From IMG/VR virus record IMGVR_UViG_2885633469_000002, positions 82,103-146,102 of that record: a DNA stretch of 64,000 nt. The stretch is one strand, 5' to 3'. The translations under genes were made by a program, and so were the position numbers. How positions within the stretch are numbered: the stretch's first letter is position 1; each line of letters opens with the position of its first letter. The notes under the pieces were generated by a model, which saw only the letters and a list, made by a program, of their open reading frames with translations, did no database searches and had not been told where the DNA came from. This DNA comes from a virus (Duplodnaviria > Caudoviricetes). Positions 41,997 to 52,214 of this stretch are shown in pieces.

Positions 41997-42293
41997 ATGA
42001 AAGATAAAAAATTAGAAACAGAAGAAAGAAAAAGGGTATCTCTGTTTCAACTCGAAGAGTATGCTAAAAATTATAATTTAACAATACAGAAAATTAACGA
42101 CACTATAATAGTTATATCTTTATTCGATGAATGGTTTATAGAACCTTTTAAAAATAATTTGTTTGTATTACATCATTATAATAAAAAAAATACTAATTCA
42201 AAAGGTAAGTTTCACAAACAAGGTATTTTCTATTCTTATTTTTCTGCAATAAGACATATTGCAGAGCATGATAAAAATAAGCTTATTATCTAA
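41997..42293 (+). CDS. hypothetical protein
   Basis: AAGGAGTTGTT RBS. Confidence 0.65.
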   Translation: MKDKKLETEERKRVSLFQLEEYAKNYNLTIQKINDTIIVISLFDEWFIEPFKNNLFVLHHYNKKNTNSKGKFHKQGIFYSYFSAIRHIAEHDKNKLII

Positions 42294-42431
42294 AATTTTA
42301 AATAATAAGTTATTAAATTCTATATTTTTCTATAATTTGCTAACTTTAAGGGATATATAACAATGTTTTCATTGCAAATTGTTGTATATAAATGATATAA
42401 TGTATTATATACTTTTAAGGGAGGATTTTAA

Positions 42432-43847
42432 ATGTTAGAAGATAAATATAACAAATTAGTAAAGGAACTAACAGGCTGTTTAAGCCTAAAACAATTTTTA
42501 ATGAAAAAGGGATTTGTAATTAAACAATTGGAAAATAAAGTAGATGAAGATATTATAAATAATTTGTATAATCAAGATATACAAATTGATATGCTTAATG
42601 AGAGGGAATTATATTTAATAACAGAAACATTTTACAAAATGTTATTAGACGAAGATTTTCTTTCTAAATTAAACGAACTACAACAACAATTACAAAAAGA
42701 GCTAAACCCTCAATTGTATTTCACAGAGGATGAAATAAGAAAATATAAAAACTCAATATTACCCATAGAAGAAGAAAAGGATTATAAAACAGTCATTTTT
42801 AAAAATGTTAGTTTTATGAAAGAAGGTGTGTATAGCACAGTTGGTGACTTTAACTATATTTTAGATTTAAGAGAGAAGGGTATTCTATATTACAATATAG
42901 ATTGCCAGAGAGAGACGGAGAAATATGAGTGGAGAGGAACTTATGTTGAAAAGGCAAAAGTATTTCCAAAATCAGTGAATGAGATATCTAAAAGCATGTT
43001 TGAGGATACGTATATACCGACTTATATAGCTATAAATGTTCCTGCCAATGGAAGTGAAGATTTTCACGTAATTGAAAAAGAAGATAATTTATATGATATT
43101 GTTATAAAGATAAATAAAAATACAAGTTTAAATTTAGTAGATGGAAACCATAGAACTACTGGTGGAAGTTTAGCTAGAAATATGTGTCGTAGAAAAGGTA
43201 AAGATTTTATTCTAAATATGGGTATTCAAATCATGAATTTAGATCCATATTTGGCTAGACAATATATCTTTCAAGAAAGTAAAAAGAACCCTCTTGACGA
43301 ATCTTTAACGAAATCTATGGAAATGACTATAGAGAACAAAATGGCTTACTATATGAACAGAGGTGGTGGACTATCTGGTAATCCACTTGCAAATAGGCTT
43401 GGTAAAGATTTAAAGGATGTTAAAAGATTAGATAAACTTACACCTTTATATATATTTGCAGATGGGTTAAAATATTTTAAATTAGATGAATTGGATATTA
43501 TAAGAGAAGATAAAGTTAAGATTTTTTTGAAAGAATTCTTTAAATATATATTAAGCTATCATAAAAACCATTTAAGAGATATTAAATTATCAAGAGAAAA
43601 TGGTTATGAGTTAAATATGCATATGTTCAGAGGATATTTATATTTAGCTTCTAAATTATTCAATGATATTAATTGGAGAGAACGATTAATTAATGTATTA
43701 AAGAAAATAGACTATAGAAAAGGTGGAATATTAGAAGATATGCACTTGCACAAAGATGAAATTAGTAAAAAAAATATAAAAAAACTAGAAGATTATTTAG
43801 ATAATCTTTTAGAAGTCGAAAGTGGTGAAAAGGATAATGATAGGTAG
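42432..43847 (+). CDS. DndB/DGQHR-like (ParB/Srx fold) protein, SPbeta YopQ-like
   Basis: YNIDCQR..PTYIAIN..LVDGNHR..YIFQE; overlaps a recombinase-fold gene. Confidence 0.65.
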   Translation: MLEDKYNKLVKELTGCLSLKQFLMKKGFVIKQLENKVDEDIINNLYNQDIQIDMLNERELYLITETFYKMLLDEDFLSKLNELQQQLQKELNPQLYFTEDEIRKYKNSILPIEEEKDYKTVIFKNVSFMKEGVYSTVGDFNYILDLREKGILYYNIDCQRETEKYEWRGTYVEKAKVFPKSVNEISKSMFEDTYIPTYIAINVPANGSEDFHVIEKEDNLYDIVIKINKNTSLNLVDGNHRTTGGSLARNMCRRKGKDFILNMGIQIMNLDPYLARQYIFQESKKNPLDESLTKSMEMTIENKMAYYMNRGGGLSGNPLANRLGKDLKDVKRLDKLTPLYIFADGLKYFKLDELDIIREDKVKIFLKEFFKYILSYHKNHLRDIKLSRENGYELNMHMFRGYLYLASKLFNDINWRERLINVLKKIDYRKGGILEDMHLHKDEISKKNIKKLEDYLDNLLEVESGEKDNDR

Positions 43848-44901
43848 AACAAGAGAGTTTACTAGTCTTAATAAATTATATTATAGAGAATTAGATTCTA
43901 GAAAAAAAGAATATATTGATTTTTTAAAGAACGAACAAGACTTACAGAATGTGACTATAGATAATTATGAAAATCAGATGTATAAAATTCGTACCTTTGA
44001 AGAAACAATAGACAAAAATAGAAATATAGAATATTACACTGTAGATGAAATTTCCAGGCTATTAGAAAACATGACTTTTAGTTCTGAAAGTTCAGCGATG
44101 GTTTATAAGAATAGAATTTTAGACTATTTAAAATTTTGCACAGAGCATTATGGCATTCAAAAAGATATTGGTTTACTAAATACTATATCTCAAAAATCTT
44201 ATTTACAAGGACTAGTAAATAAAAGGCTAAAGTATTTAAAATATATAACAGAAAGTATGTTATATGAAGCTGTACAAGATTTAGTAAACCCTCAAGATAT
44301 TGTTATATCTCTTTTAATTTTTGAAGGAATAAAAGGAACTAATAATCAAGACTTAATTAATATTAAAAAAGAACAATATAATAAAGAAACTAAAATATTA
44401 GAATATGTAAAGCAAGATACACTAGAAACAATAGAAATAAAATGCAATGAATTTCTTTCAGATGCAATAGAAAGATCATTATTATCAGATACTTATTATT
44501 TCAAGAATGGTAAGGGAATGGGATGTCACGACATGACAAAAATAGTTGATTCTCCTTATTTAATAGCTCCTACTGCTCAGTTAAACGCTAGGATAAATAA
44601 TTACAGTGGTCAAAAAGTTTATGGGCAGACAATTCAATCTAGAGTACTTAAGATATTTAAGCATTTTTTAAATGTTAATTCTCAGCATGTAACTGTTCAA
44701 AGTCTCTATCATTCAGGCATTATCAACAGAATGGTAAAACTTACAGAAAATAAATATAGTGGGAATAAGTTAAGAAAGATAGATTTTGCTCGATATATTG
44801 AGCAAAACGAAAAATTAGGTATCCAAACAGGATATCGTCTTTATGATATATATGATATTTTATACAATAAATTCAAATTAGATATAATAGATTTATCATA
44901 A
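43822..44901 (+). CDS. tyrosine-recombinase-fold repressor, MrpR/YopR-like
   Basis: Integrase-like N-domain; LIFEGIKG and SLYHSG in place of catalytic R and HxxR motifs. Confidence 0.65.
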   Translation: MVKRIMIGRTREFTSLNKLYYRELDSRKKEYIDFLKNEQDLQNVTIDNYENQMYKIRTFEETIDKNRNIEYYTVDEISRLLENMTFSSESSAMVYKNRILDYLKFCTEHYGIQKDIGLLNTISQKSYLQGLVNKRLKYLKYITESMLYEAVQDLVNPQDIVISLLIFEGIKGTNNQDLINIKKEQYNKETKILEYVKQDTLETIEIKCNEFLSDAIERSLLSDTYYFKNGKGMGCHDMTKIVDSPYLIAPTAQLNARINNYSGQKVYGQTIQSRVLKIFKHFLNVNSQHVTVQSLYHSGIINRMVKLTENKYSGNKLRKIDFARYIEQNEKLGIQTGYRLYDIYDILYNKFKLDIIDLS

Positions 44902-44908
44902 TTTAAAA

Positions 44909-44957
44909 TTGACTTTTTCCAATTAACCCTATATTTTATTGGGTTAATTGGAAAAAG
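44909..44957 (+). terminator. long hairpin terminator
   Basis: ACTTTTTCCAATTAACCC/GGGTTAATTGGAAAAAGT. Confidence 0.7.
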
Positions 44958-45169
44958 TATTATTATATAAAATTCGACAAGTTTATATTTTTTTATACTC
45001 CTATTCAAAATAATTTTAAAACATTCTTCATTATATTATTTAATTTCAGTTATAGTATTATTAAACTTATCGTTGTAAATAAATTGTATAATAACAAATA
45101 TATTTAAAAAGTATAAAAAATTGATTGTTCCAATATTTAGGTTGTGGTATAATTAAAATATATCATAAT

Positions 45170-45183
45170 CGAACATTTGTTCG
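45170..45183. promoter_or_regulatory. LexA (Cheo) SOS box
   Basis: CGAACATTTGTTCG just downstream of extended -10 TGTGGTATAAT. Confidence 0.8.
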
Positions 45184-45216
45184 CAGTATTGAAAATTTTA
45201 TAACTTTAAAAGAAAA

Positions 45217-45492
45217 ATGGAGGTATTATTAATGAAAATAGAAATTATAGATTATTTAAATGAAAACAAAGGATATGGTATAACTATTTCCGAAATAGAA
45301 GGAAACGAAAAGGTTTTAAGTAATGTCAGATATAATTTTGATAAGAATATAACAATAGAAGGTTTAAATGAATTTAGAGAAATGGAGAAATACATAATAG
45401 ACACAAAAGAAATAAAAAAAATTGAAAAAGATGTAACTAATATCATTATACATACTACTACAAAACAAATAATCATTGAAAATTGGAATTGA
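45217..45492 (+). CDS. putative SOS-regulated small protein
   Basis: GGAGG RBS (start probably 45232) behind the LexA box. Confidence 0.65.
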   Translation: MEVLLMKIEIIDYLNENKGYGITISEIEGNEKVLSNVRYNFDKNITIEGLNEFREMEKYIIDTKEIKKIEKDVTNIIIHTTTKQIIIENWN

Positions 45493-45694
45493 TAATTATT
45501 TGTTGGAAATGTAAATAAAAACAATTCAATCAAAGAAATATTAATACTTATGTAATAATTAGAGTTTGTATATTATTATTAAACTGTCCAAGCATTAATA
45601 ATAAATGTCTTAAAACGACTTAAAAATTTATGTATTATATAAAAATTAATAAAAAAAAGATTAAAAGAAAGGAATAGGGAAGATTAGAGTTTTT

Positions 45695-46005
45695 TCTTCT
45701 TATATCTATTTCTTATAATATATTCTTATAAAGTTCTTATAAAGTTCTTATTGGAATTTATAAGTGTTGGTGTTAAAAGGTTTATGCACATTTTAAGTTC
45801 ATAAGAATACTCGATAAGGTTCATGAACTAACTATAGTAAGAGCATGGTTGTACTATAGTTAGTTCATGAGAATACTTGATAAGGTTCATGGTTCTACTA
45901 TAGTTAAATGTTATTGTGTATAACAATACTGTTGATAATGTTAATAATTCTATGTAGCTTTGTTAAATTAACAATTGTAACTGTTGATAAGTATGTGGAT
46001 AACAT
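45695..46005. other. putative replication origin (TTCTTATA repeats, iterons, DnaA boxes)
   Basis: TTATGCACA 45782, TGTGTATAA 45915, TGTGGATAA 45994, TGTTGATAA x2; GTTCATG and ACTATAGT direct and inverted repeats. Confidence 0.7.
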
Positions 46006-46129
46006 ATATGTAAGTGAATATTTTATATTTTCTCTTACTATTCAAGGTCACTATAAAGTAAGTTTATTTTCTTGGAAGATTGCATTCATAATGTTATCAT
46101 ATTATATATAGTGAACTTTATAAAGGTCT

Positions 46130-46264
46130 GTCAACTGCCAACTACCCTTTAGGGTAGTGGCTTGTAGAAATTACGGAAAATAATTAGTGATATTATACTT
46201 TCGAGATAATATAGAAATTATTTAGTACCTAAGAACCCCATGCCTTTAGGCTTGGGAGTTTCAG
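46130..46264 (+). mobile_element. composite IS remnant: GTCAAC-type hairpin next to a family B right end/partial omegaRNA
   Basis: 46175-46264 matches about 38063-38152. Confidence 0.8.
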
Positions 46265-46401
46265 ATTAGTGTCTATTGATTATGGATATGAAAATAATAT
46301 GGTTGATAGATTATGGAACGAAATTGAAAACTATTGCAAAGATTTATATAAATATAGAGTAAATAAAAATCAAACTAATTTTCTAGTTACTCAATAATCA
46401 A

Positions 46402-46505
46402 TTTAGGCTATAGATATATAACAGCCTATAGCCTAACTTTAAGTTTTAATATGAGTTATCAAAATAAAACCATATAACAGAAAAATTTTGATAATTGATA
46501 TTAAA
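46402..46505 (+). repeat. double-hairpin element with TATAACAG loops (copy 2)
   Basis: Matches 21723-21835. Confidence 0.8.
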
Positions 46506-46539
46506 ACTTAAAAATCAATTAATAAGGAGTTGTTTTTAA

Positions 46540-47770
46540 ATGTCAAATTATTATGATATGAGAGAAGCAAAAGTAAATATAGCTAATGAATTAAGAAATA
46601 GAGGTTGGGAGATATTAGACTATAAAGAGGATGAAAGCGACATGATGACAGACTATTATAGCCCTGCAAATTGGGGAGGAATAGCAAAAAAGAATGGTTT
46701 TGTTTTATGTGTAGATACTCCATATTCTGCAAAAAGTATGCCAATTGAAAAATATAACTATGGTTCATGTTTAAGTCAATCTGATTTAAATAAAATCGAA
46801 AAACTTGAAGCATTAACACAAGAAAGAGGAGCAACAGAAGGAGAAGAAACAAACGCTAAAATGTTAATAGAAAAAATTAAAAATAATAAATCAAATGCTC
46901 CAGAAGTTGAAATAATAGGTTATACTACTGCCCATATGTCAAACCCTGGTCGCTGTAAATGGCATATTGAAAAAGATAGTAGTGTTTATGATAAAGGAAT
47001 TGGCATAACAAAATACAGAGATCTTCCAAATTCATGGGTATTTGATATTAATACAATGCAATTTAAAGATGGTTATAATAAATGGAATGGTAAAAAAAGA
47101 GAATTACCAGAAGAAACAAAAAAAATAATTAATGATTTTAAAAAATTAGTACTAAGATGGGAAAGAGTAGTAAACAGTATGAATGGAATAGGAGACGGTA
47201 CAGAAGAAACAGAAAAAGAAGCACAAGAACAACAACAAAACGAAAAAATGGAAAGAGTTATAAAAAAGGTAACTAAAAAAGTATGGAAAATGATTGAAGT
47301 TAAAAGAGATACTTTTAAAGTAGGTGATTATATAACTTTACCATATCATGGGCACTATTGGAAAATAACAACAGAATATATGAAAACAGGAACATGGAAG
47401 GGTATAAAAGACACTAGAAAGGCTTTTATATATGAAATAGTTAGAAGTGCTTCAAGAGGATATAAAGATTTAAAAAATCCTAAAAGATATTATGATTTTG
47501 AATATAGAATGTCAAAATCACTTGAAGAAGGAAAAATAAAAATATTTGAATTAAAAGAAGTCGAAGAAGTTCAAGAAGTTGAAAAATGGGTAAGAGTTAA
47601 AGCACAAAAGAAAAATACATATAAAAAAGAAGATACTACTATAACAGAAAAAGAACCACAACAAAACTCAAAAGAGGAAAATATAACAGCAAACAAGAAG
47701 AAAAGCAAGAAAATAATATAAATGTATCTGTAAAATTTAACGAAGCTAAGCAGGGTATTGAATTACATTC
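46540..47770 (+). pseudogene. N-terminal part of a larger protein, frameshifted/truncated
   Basis: DESDMMTDYY and QERGATEGEE motifs; an alternative frame NVSVKFNEAKQGIELH continues briefly after the stop. Confidence 0.5.
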
Positions 47771-47854
47771 GTTACAAGTAAAAATCCAATGTAATAAAAA
47801 ATACTATAGTATTTTCAAGTGGATACATGAGATGTTATATGAGGAGAGAGAAGT

Positions 47855-49096
47855 ATGAAGGAAATCGAACAGTTAGCTATTGTAGATAAAGTCAATAATA
47901 TATTAGGGTTTAAAGATGACATTGAATATAGACAACCTAAAAAACCTAAAAAACAGGAGCAAACATATAAAGGAATGAAACCTTCACAAAAAGTAAAAGT
48001 TTTAAAGATTCCAGTTGACGAAAGTATACTAGAAGGGAATCTAATAGAAATTCCTTTTATAAGTTATTATAAAGAAAAAGAACCATTAACAGCTGTTGAG
48101 TATGTTTGGGTTGATAGTAAAGGTGTAGAAAAAACAATAGAAGTAAGAGGGAGTAAGTGGGGTGTTCCAGACGAATATTGTTTTGATGTATTAACTGCTT
48201 TATTTAGATTGCATATAAAGCAAAATAAATGCATTGAATTTGATATAGAAAATAAAAAATGGAATATGAATAAAACAATTAATTTTTCTCTTAGTGAGTT
48301 GGCTAGAGAAATGGGATATAAAAGTTTAGGGAAGAATGTCTTTGATAAATTAGATATAGCACTTGAAATACTGAATGATACAACCATATATAATAAGGCA
48401 GGAGGAACATTCCTAGATGTAAAAACTAATACTTATTTAACACCAGAAAAAAAAGAGTCTATAAGAATAGTCACACACTACAAAAGTTATCGATATAGTA
48501 ATAAAGATAAAAATCAAAAACGTCTTAACTATAGAAAAATTAAAGATTACACGAGTGTAAAAATAGATGACTTCATATATGAAAGCTTGTGTAATTCTTA
48601 TTTTAAAATCTTTAATTATGAGAGCTATAGGTTGTTAAAGATGGGAATAGCTAAAAAAATTTATTTATTACTAAGTAAGTGGAGAGCAAATAGAAGTAAA
48701 GTATTTTTAAAATGGGAAACACTATATCAAAAAATTCCACTAACTGATAAAAAACCAGAAAAATATCGTAGGAAAAGAATAAGGGATGCTTATAATAAAC
48801 TTATAGAAATAGGGTTTTTAGTTAGGGTGCATGAAAATACTAAAGGGGTTGAATTTATTTTTGAAGATACAGCAAGCGATGAACTAGCGTTGGATGTTGT
48901 TGAAAGCAAAGATAAACCTAAAAAATATAATACTATTATGGAAATATTAATGGCTTTAAATGAATTAAAGATAGATAATGTTATTATACAAAATATATTA
49001 AATAGCGTAAGTATAGAAGTGATAAAGGCTACATTAGAAGAATCAGAAGGAGTAGCTTTAGAAGAAATGCAAGGCAAAATAAAATCATTACTATAG
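47855..49096 (+). CDS. plasmid-type replication initiator protein A
   Basis: NLIEIPF..GVP..DVLTAL..FSLSELAREMG..AKKIYLLL; same repeats on both sides of the gene. Confidence 0.7.
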   Translation: MKEIEQLAIVDKVNNILGFKDDIEYRQPKKPKKQEQTYKGMKPSQKVKVLKIPVDESILEGNLIEIPFISYYKEKEPLTAVEYVWVDSKGVEKTIEVRGSKWGVPDEYCFDVLTALFRLHIKQNKCIEFDIENKKWNMNKTINFSLSELAREMGYKSLGKNVFDKLDIALEILNDTTIYNKAGGTFLDVKTNTYLTPEKKESIRIVTHYKSYRYSNKDKNQKRLNYRKIKDYTSVKIDDFIYESLCNSYFKIFNYESYRLLKMGIAKKIYLLLSKWRANRSKVFLKWETLYQKIPLTDKKPEKYRRKRIRDAYNKLIEIGFLVRVHENTKGVEFIFEDTASDELALDVVESKDKPKKYNTIMEILMALNELKIDNVIIQNILNSVSIEVIKATLEESEGVALEEMQGKIKSLL

Positions 49097-49240
49097 TATT
49101 TATATGAACTATTATAATTTTGAATAACACTATAGTATAACCATGAACTTTATACAGAATAATATATAAAGTTCATGGTTATACGAATAAAGTATTGTAC
49201 TTATTATTTTTTAATTAATACTATAGTCGGTTCATGAATT
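49090..49240. repeat. repeats related to the origin iterons
   Basis: TATAACCATGAACTTTA/TAAAGTTCATGGTTATA inverted pair; ACTATAGT x3. Confidence 0.75.
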
Positions 49241-49614
49241 TTATAAAAAGGATTAACAATATGAAGATAATAAATAGAAATCATTATTTTACAGATTTGA
49301 GTTTTATATACACCAATTAATCACCCGTAGTATTTTATATATCATGATGCTATAAATGAGAAATTTTATACTAATGTAAAATAATTTAATAAAAACATTG
49401 ACAAAAGATAATAAAAACAATATAATAAAAATATAGGAAGAAGGAGATGAATTATTAGCAGTACAATGTAAAATAATTTGTTGTAAAATGTGTTGGTATA
49501 TAAAAGGTTTTTATTTTTATCCATGAGTACAAAAATTTGTAGTTGCGACTATAAAAACCTGTGTTTGTATGATACAATAAAATGGATAAATAAGACAAGG
49601 AGGGTGAAATATGA

Positions 49615-49810
49615 AATGAATATAGCACAAGTTATAATGGAAACAATAAAAGATCAAAGACACGATATTAAATGGGTAGCTGAAAAAGTAGATATACCCT
49701 ATACTACATTTTTATACAAATTGAAAAATGATAACTTTTTAGCAGAAGAGTTATTGAGGGTAGGGAAGTTATTAAATATTGATTTAGAAGAATTAAAAAA
49801 TAAAATTTAA
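49615..49810 (+). CDS. XRE-like HTH protein (start approximate)
   Basis: IKWVAEKVDIPYTTFLYKL; AAGGAGGG RBS. Confidence 0.65.
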
Positions 49811-49821
49811 AGGAGACAAAT

Positions 49822-50121
49822 ATGAACAAATCAAATTTAAAAGTAATGATAGACAGCAGACTTAAAAAGAACATAGAATCGTTAATGATATATGAAAATG
49901 GTTGTTGTTCAGTAAAATTCAAAGATATAGAAGATACATTCTGGTTTGATAAGGTAGAAGATTTACAAGAATTTATGCTTATTCAAGCAAAAGAAAGATA
50001 TTATGATAAATCTCTTAGAAAAGGTTATTTTCGATATATAAATGAAAACAATGAAGAAGTTATATATAAAATTAACAATGTTTCAAGAGGAAAACTAGAA
50101 GTAGAGGAAGGAGTGCGTTAA
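49822..50121 (+). CDS. hypothetical protein
   Basis: AAGGAG RBS. Confidence 0.6.
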   Translation: MNKSNLKVMIDSRLKKNIESLMIYENGCCSVKFKDIEDTFWFDKVEDLQEFMLIQAKERYYDKSLRKGYFRYINENNEEVIYKINNVSRGKLEVEEGVR

Positions 50122-50123
50122 TA

Positions 50124-50567
50124 ATGGAATTTGCAAAATATTATAAAGTTACAAATAAATTAAATAAATTATTAGAACAAAAGAAAGTGTTTTCTTATAC
50201 AAAAGATTACTGTAAAGACTTATTTATATGTGAAGATACACATATATTTTGGATATGTAGAATATTAGAAGGATATAATGAAGAGTATGAAAAAGAAGAT
50301 GGAAAATGGTTAGTAGAACGTAATAAAATAGATAAGTATGATTTTATAAATTTTATAGAAGAAAAACACAAAGAGAAATTTATAGTTAAACATAGACAAG
50401 ATAGAGACAATATTATAAGCTCTTTAGAGGATAATTTTGTCATAGAAAATGTAATTCTATTTGATGATGACCAAGGATTAGAAAATTGGGATAATTATGA
50501 ATGCGAAAGCTATGAAGAAGCAATAAGTGTCATAGATGGAGGACATGGAATAATAGAAGAGTATTAA
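50124..50567 (+). CDS. hypothetical protein
   Basis: AAGGAG RBS. Confidence 0.6.
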   Translation: MEFAKYYKVTNKLNKLLEQKKVFSYTKDYCKDLFICEDTHIFWICRILEGYNEEYEKEDGKWLVERNKIDKYDFINFIEEKHKEKFIVKHRQDRDNIISSLEDNFVIENVILFDDDQGLENWDNYECESYEEAISVIDGGHGIIEEY

Positions 50568-50957
50568 GAAGAAGGTGCTTAAATGGATAAACAGAGCTAT
50601 TTATTAACATATATTGATTGTGGTGAAGAAGACTTTGGATGGTTTGAGTCAGAGGAAGATGTAAGGAAGTTTATAATTGATAGAAGAGTAGCAGTAATTG
50701 AGTGTTAGCATATCAAAGATGCTGAAAAAATTGAAATCTAATAGGGAGGATTTATAATTGGTAAAACTAATTAATTTGAATACAGGGGGATGTAATAGAA
50801 ATAGATGTATTTGCTTTAAGAGAAAGAGGAATTCCAGAAAATTATAGAGTAGCTGATGATATAACTACCAATGAATGGATTGAACTTTACTGTAAACAAC
50901 TTAATAAAGAGTAAAAATACTATAGGTTGTTAATAAAATCAGAAATTTATATTAAAA

Positions 50958-52214
50958 ATGGGGGATGAATGTATGAGAGATTATTTGTTTTATAGCAAAG
51001 GAGACTTATATAATACAATTGAATGCCATAAACAAAATATAAAGAAAAATATAGAAAATCAAAAATCTGATTATATCTTAAATGTTAATCAAGATGATTA
51101 TATTGAATATTTATATAATAAATATATAATCAATCCTTTAGTTTTACATGAAGAAGAAATTAGTATTATTGAACAAAAAGAAATAGATGTAGATATATCC
51201 CATGAATGGGATAGGGCGATTTCTGATAGAACTAGACCTTTTTATATAAAAGGAAATTCAATTACAATTGGAATACCTTACGAAGGAGATAGAGAATTAT
51301 TTTATTTAAAACCATCCACATTTTCAACTATAATTCCTTGTGGAGTTGTAAAAGATACTGATTTATTACTCACTTTTGAGAATACAAATTTAACAAGTGA
51401 ACAAATTAAGAGTGATTTAGATAAAAACATTAAATTGATAAAACAATATATAGATTGGCAAAATGAAAGCATATTACCTTTTAATGATAATTTAAAAAAT
51501 TATTTAAAACAATTGTTTTTTAAAAGAAAAGATAAGTTGTTAAAAGATTTAAATTTAGTTGCATCATTAGGAATCCCATTAAGAAAAAATACTGAATATG
51601 CAAAAACTTATGTAGTTCCAACAACTAAAAAAAATGTAGAAATAGAAAAACCTATAATAAAAGAGAAAACTTTTGTTCCCGAACCAAGTATTGATATGTC
51701 AACATATGAAGATATTCTTAATACGTTAAATAATATGAGCATAGTTATGGAAAGGTGTCCTGAAGCTTTTAGTAAGATGGATGAAGAATCCTTGAGACAG
51801 CATTTTTTAGTTCAATTAAATGGTATTTATGAAGGTAATGCAACAGGAGAAACTTTTAATGCAAATGGCAAAACAGATATATTAATGAGAGAAAATGGGA
51901 AAAACGTATTTATAGGTGAATGTAAATTTTGGAAAGGCGACAAGGTGTTTACAGATACTATAGATCAAATTTTAAGTTATATGTGTTGGAGAGATACAAA
52001 AGGAGCTATACTTATATTCAATAGAAATAAAAATTTAAGTAATATAATAAAAAAAATACCTGATTTAGCACAAAAACACCCTAGTTATAAAAAAGAAATT
52101 AATATTCAGCAAGAAACATGTTTTAGATATATTTTTACTCAACCCAATGACAACAATAGAGAAATATTGTTAACTATAATGGTATTTGATATCCCTGTTA
52201 AAAAAAGTAATTAA
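50958..52214 (+). CDS. protein with C-terminal PD-(D/E)xK nuclease-like domain
   Basis: GETF..GKTDILM..FIGECKFW..QILSY. Confidence 0.6.
   Translation: MGDECMRDYLFYSKGDLYNTIECHKQNIKKNIENQKSDYILNVNQDDYIEYLYNKYIINPLVLHEEEISIIEQKEIDVDISHEWDRAISDRTRPFYIKGNSITIGIPYEGDRELFYLKPSTFSTIIPCGVVKDTDLLLTFENTNLTSEQIKSDLDKNIKLIKQYIDWQNESILPFNDNLKNYLKQLFFKRKDKLLKDLNLVASLGIPLRKNTEYAKTYVVPTTKKNVEIEKPIIKEKTFVPEPSIDMSTYEDILNTLNNMSIVMERCPEAFSKMDEESLRQHFLVQLNGIYEGNATGETFNANGKTDILMRENGKNVFIGECKFWKGDKVFTDTIDQILSYMCWRDTKGAILIFNRNKNLSNIIKKIPDLAQKHPSYKKEINIQQETCFRYIFTQPNDNNREILLTIMVFDIPVKKSN

Noticed and set aside
42432-43847. Dnd phosphorothioation system
   Set aside because: No dndACDE genes in the window; context fits a YopQ-like phage protein.
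43822-44901. Active integrase
   Set aside because: Catalytic R, HxxR and H/Y motifs are not recognisable.
45795-45906. CRISPR or guide array
   Set aside because: Repeats are overlapping direct and inverted units without unique spacers, and no cas genes are present; no repeat-spacer array was seen elsewhere by eye.
45908-46111. 67-aa hydrophobic ORF
   Set aside because: No RBS and it overlaps the DnaA-box cluster.
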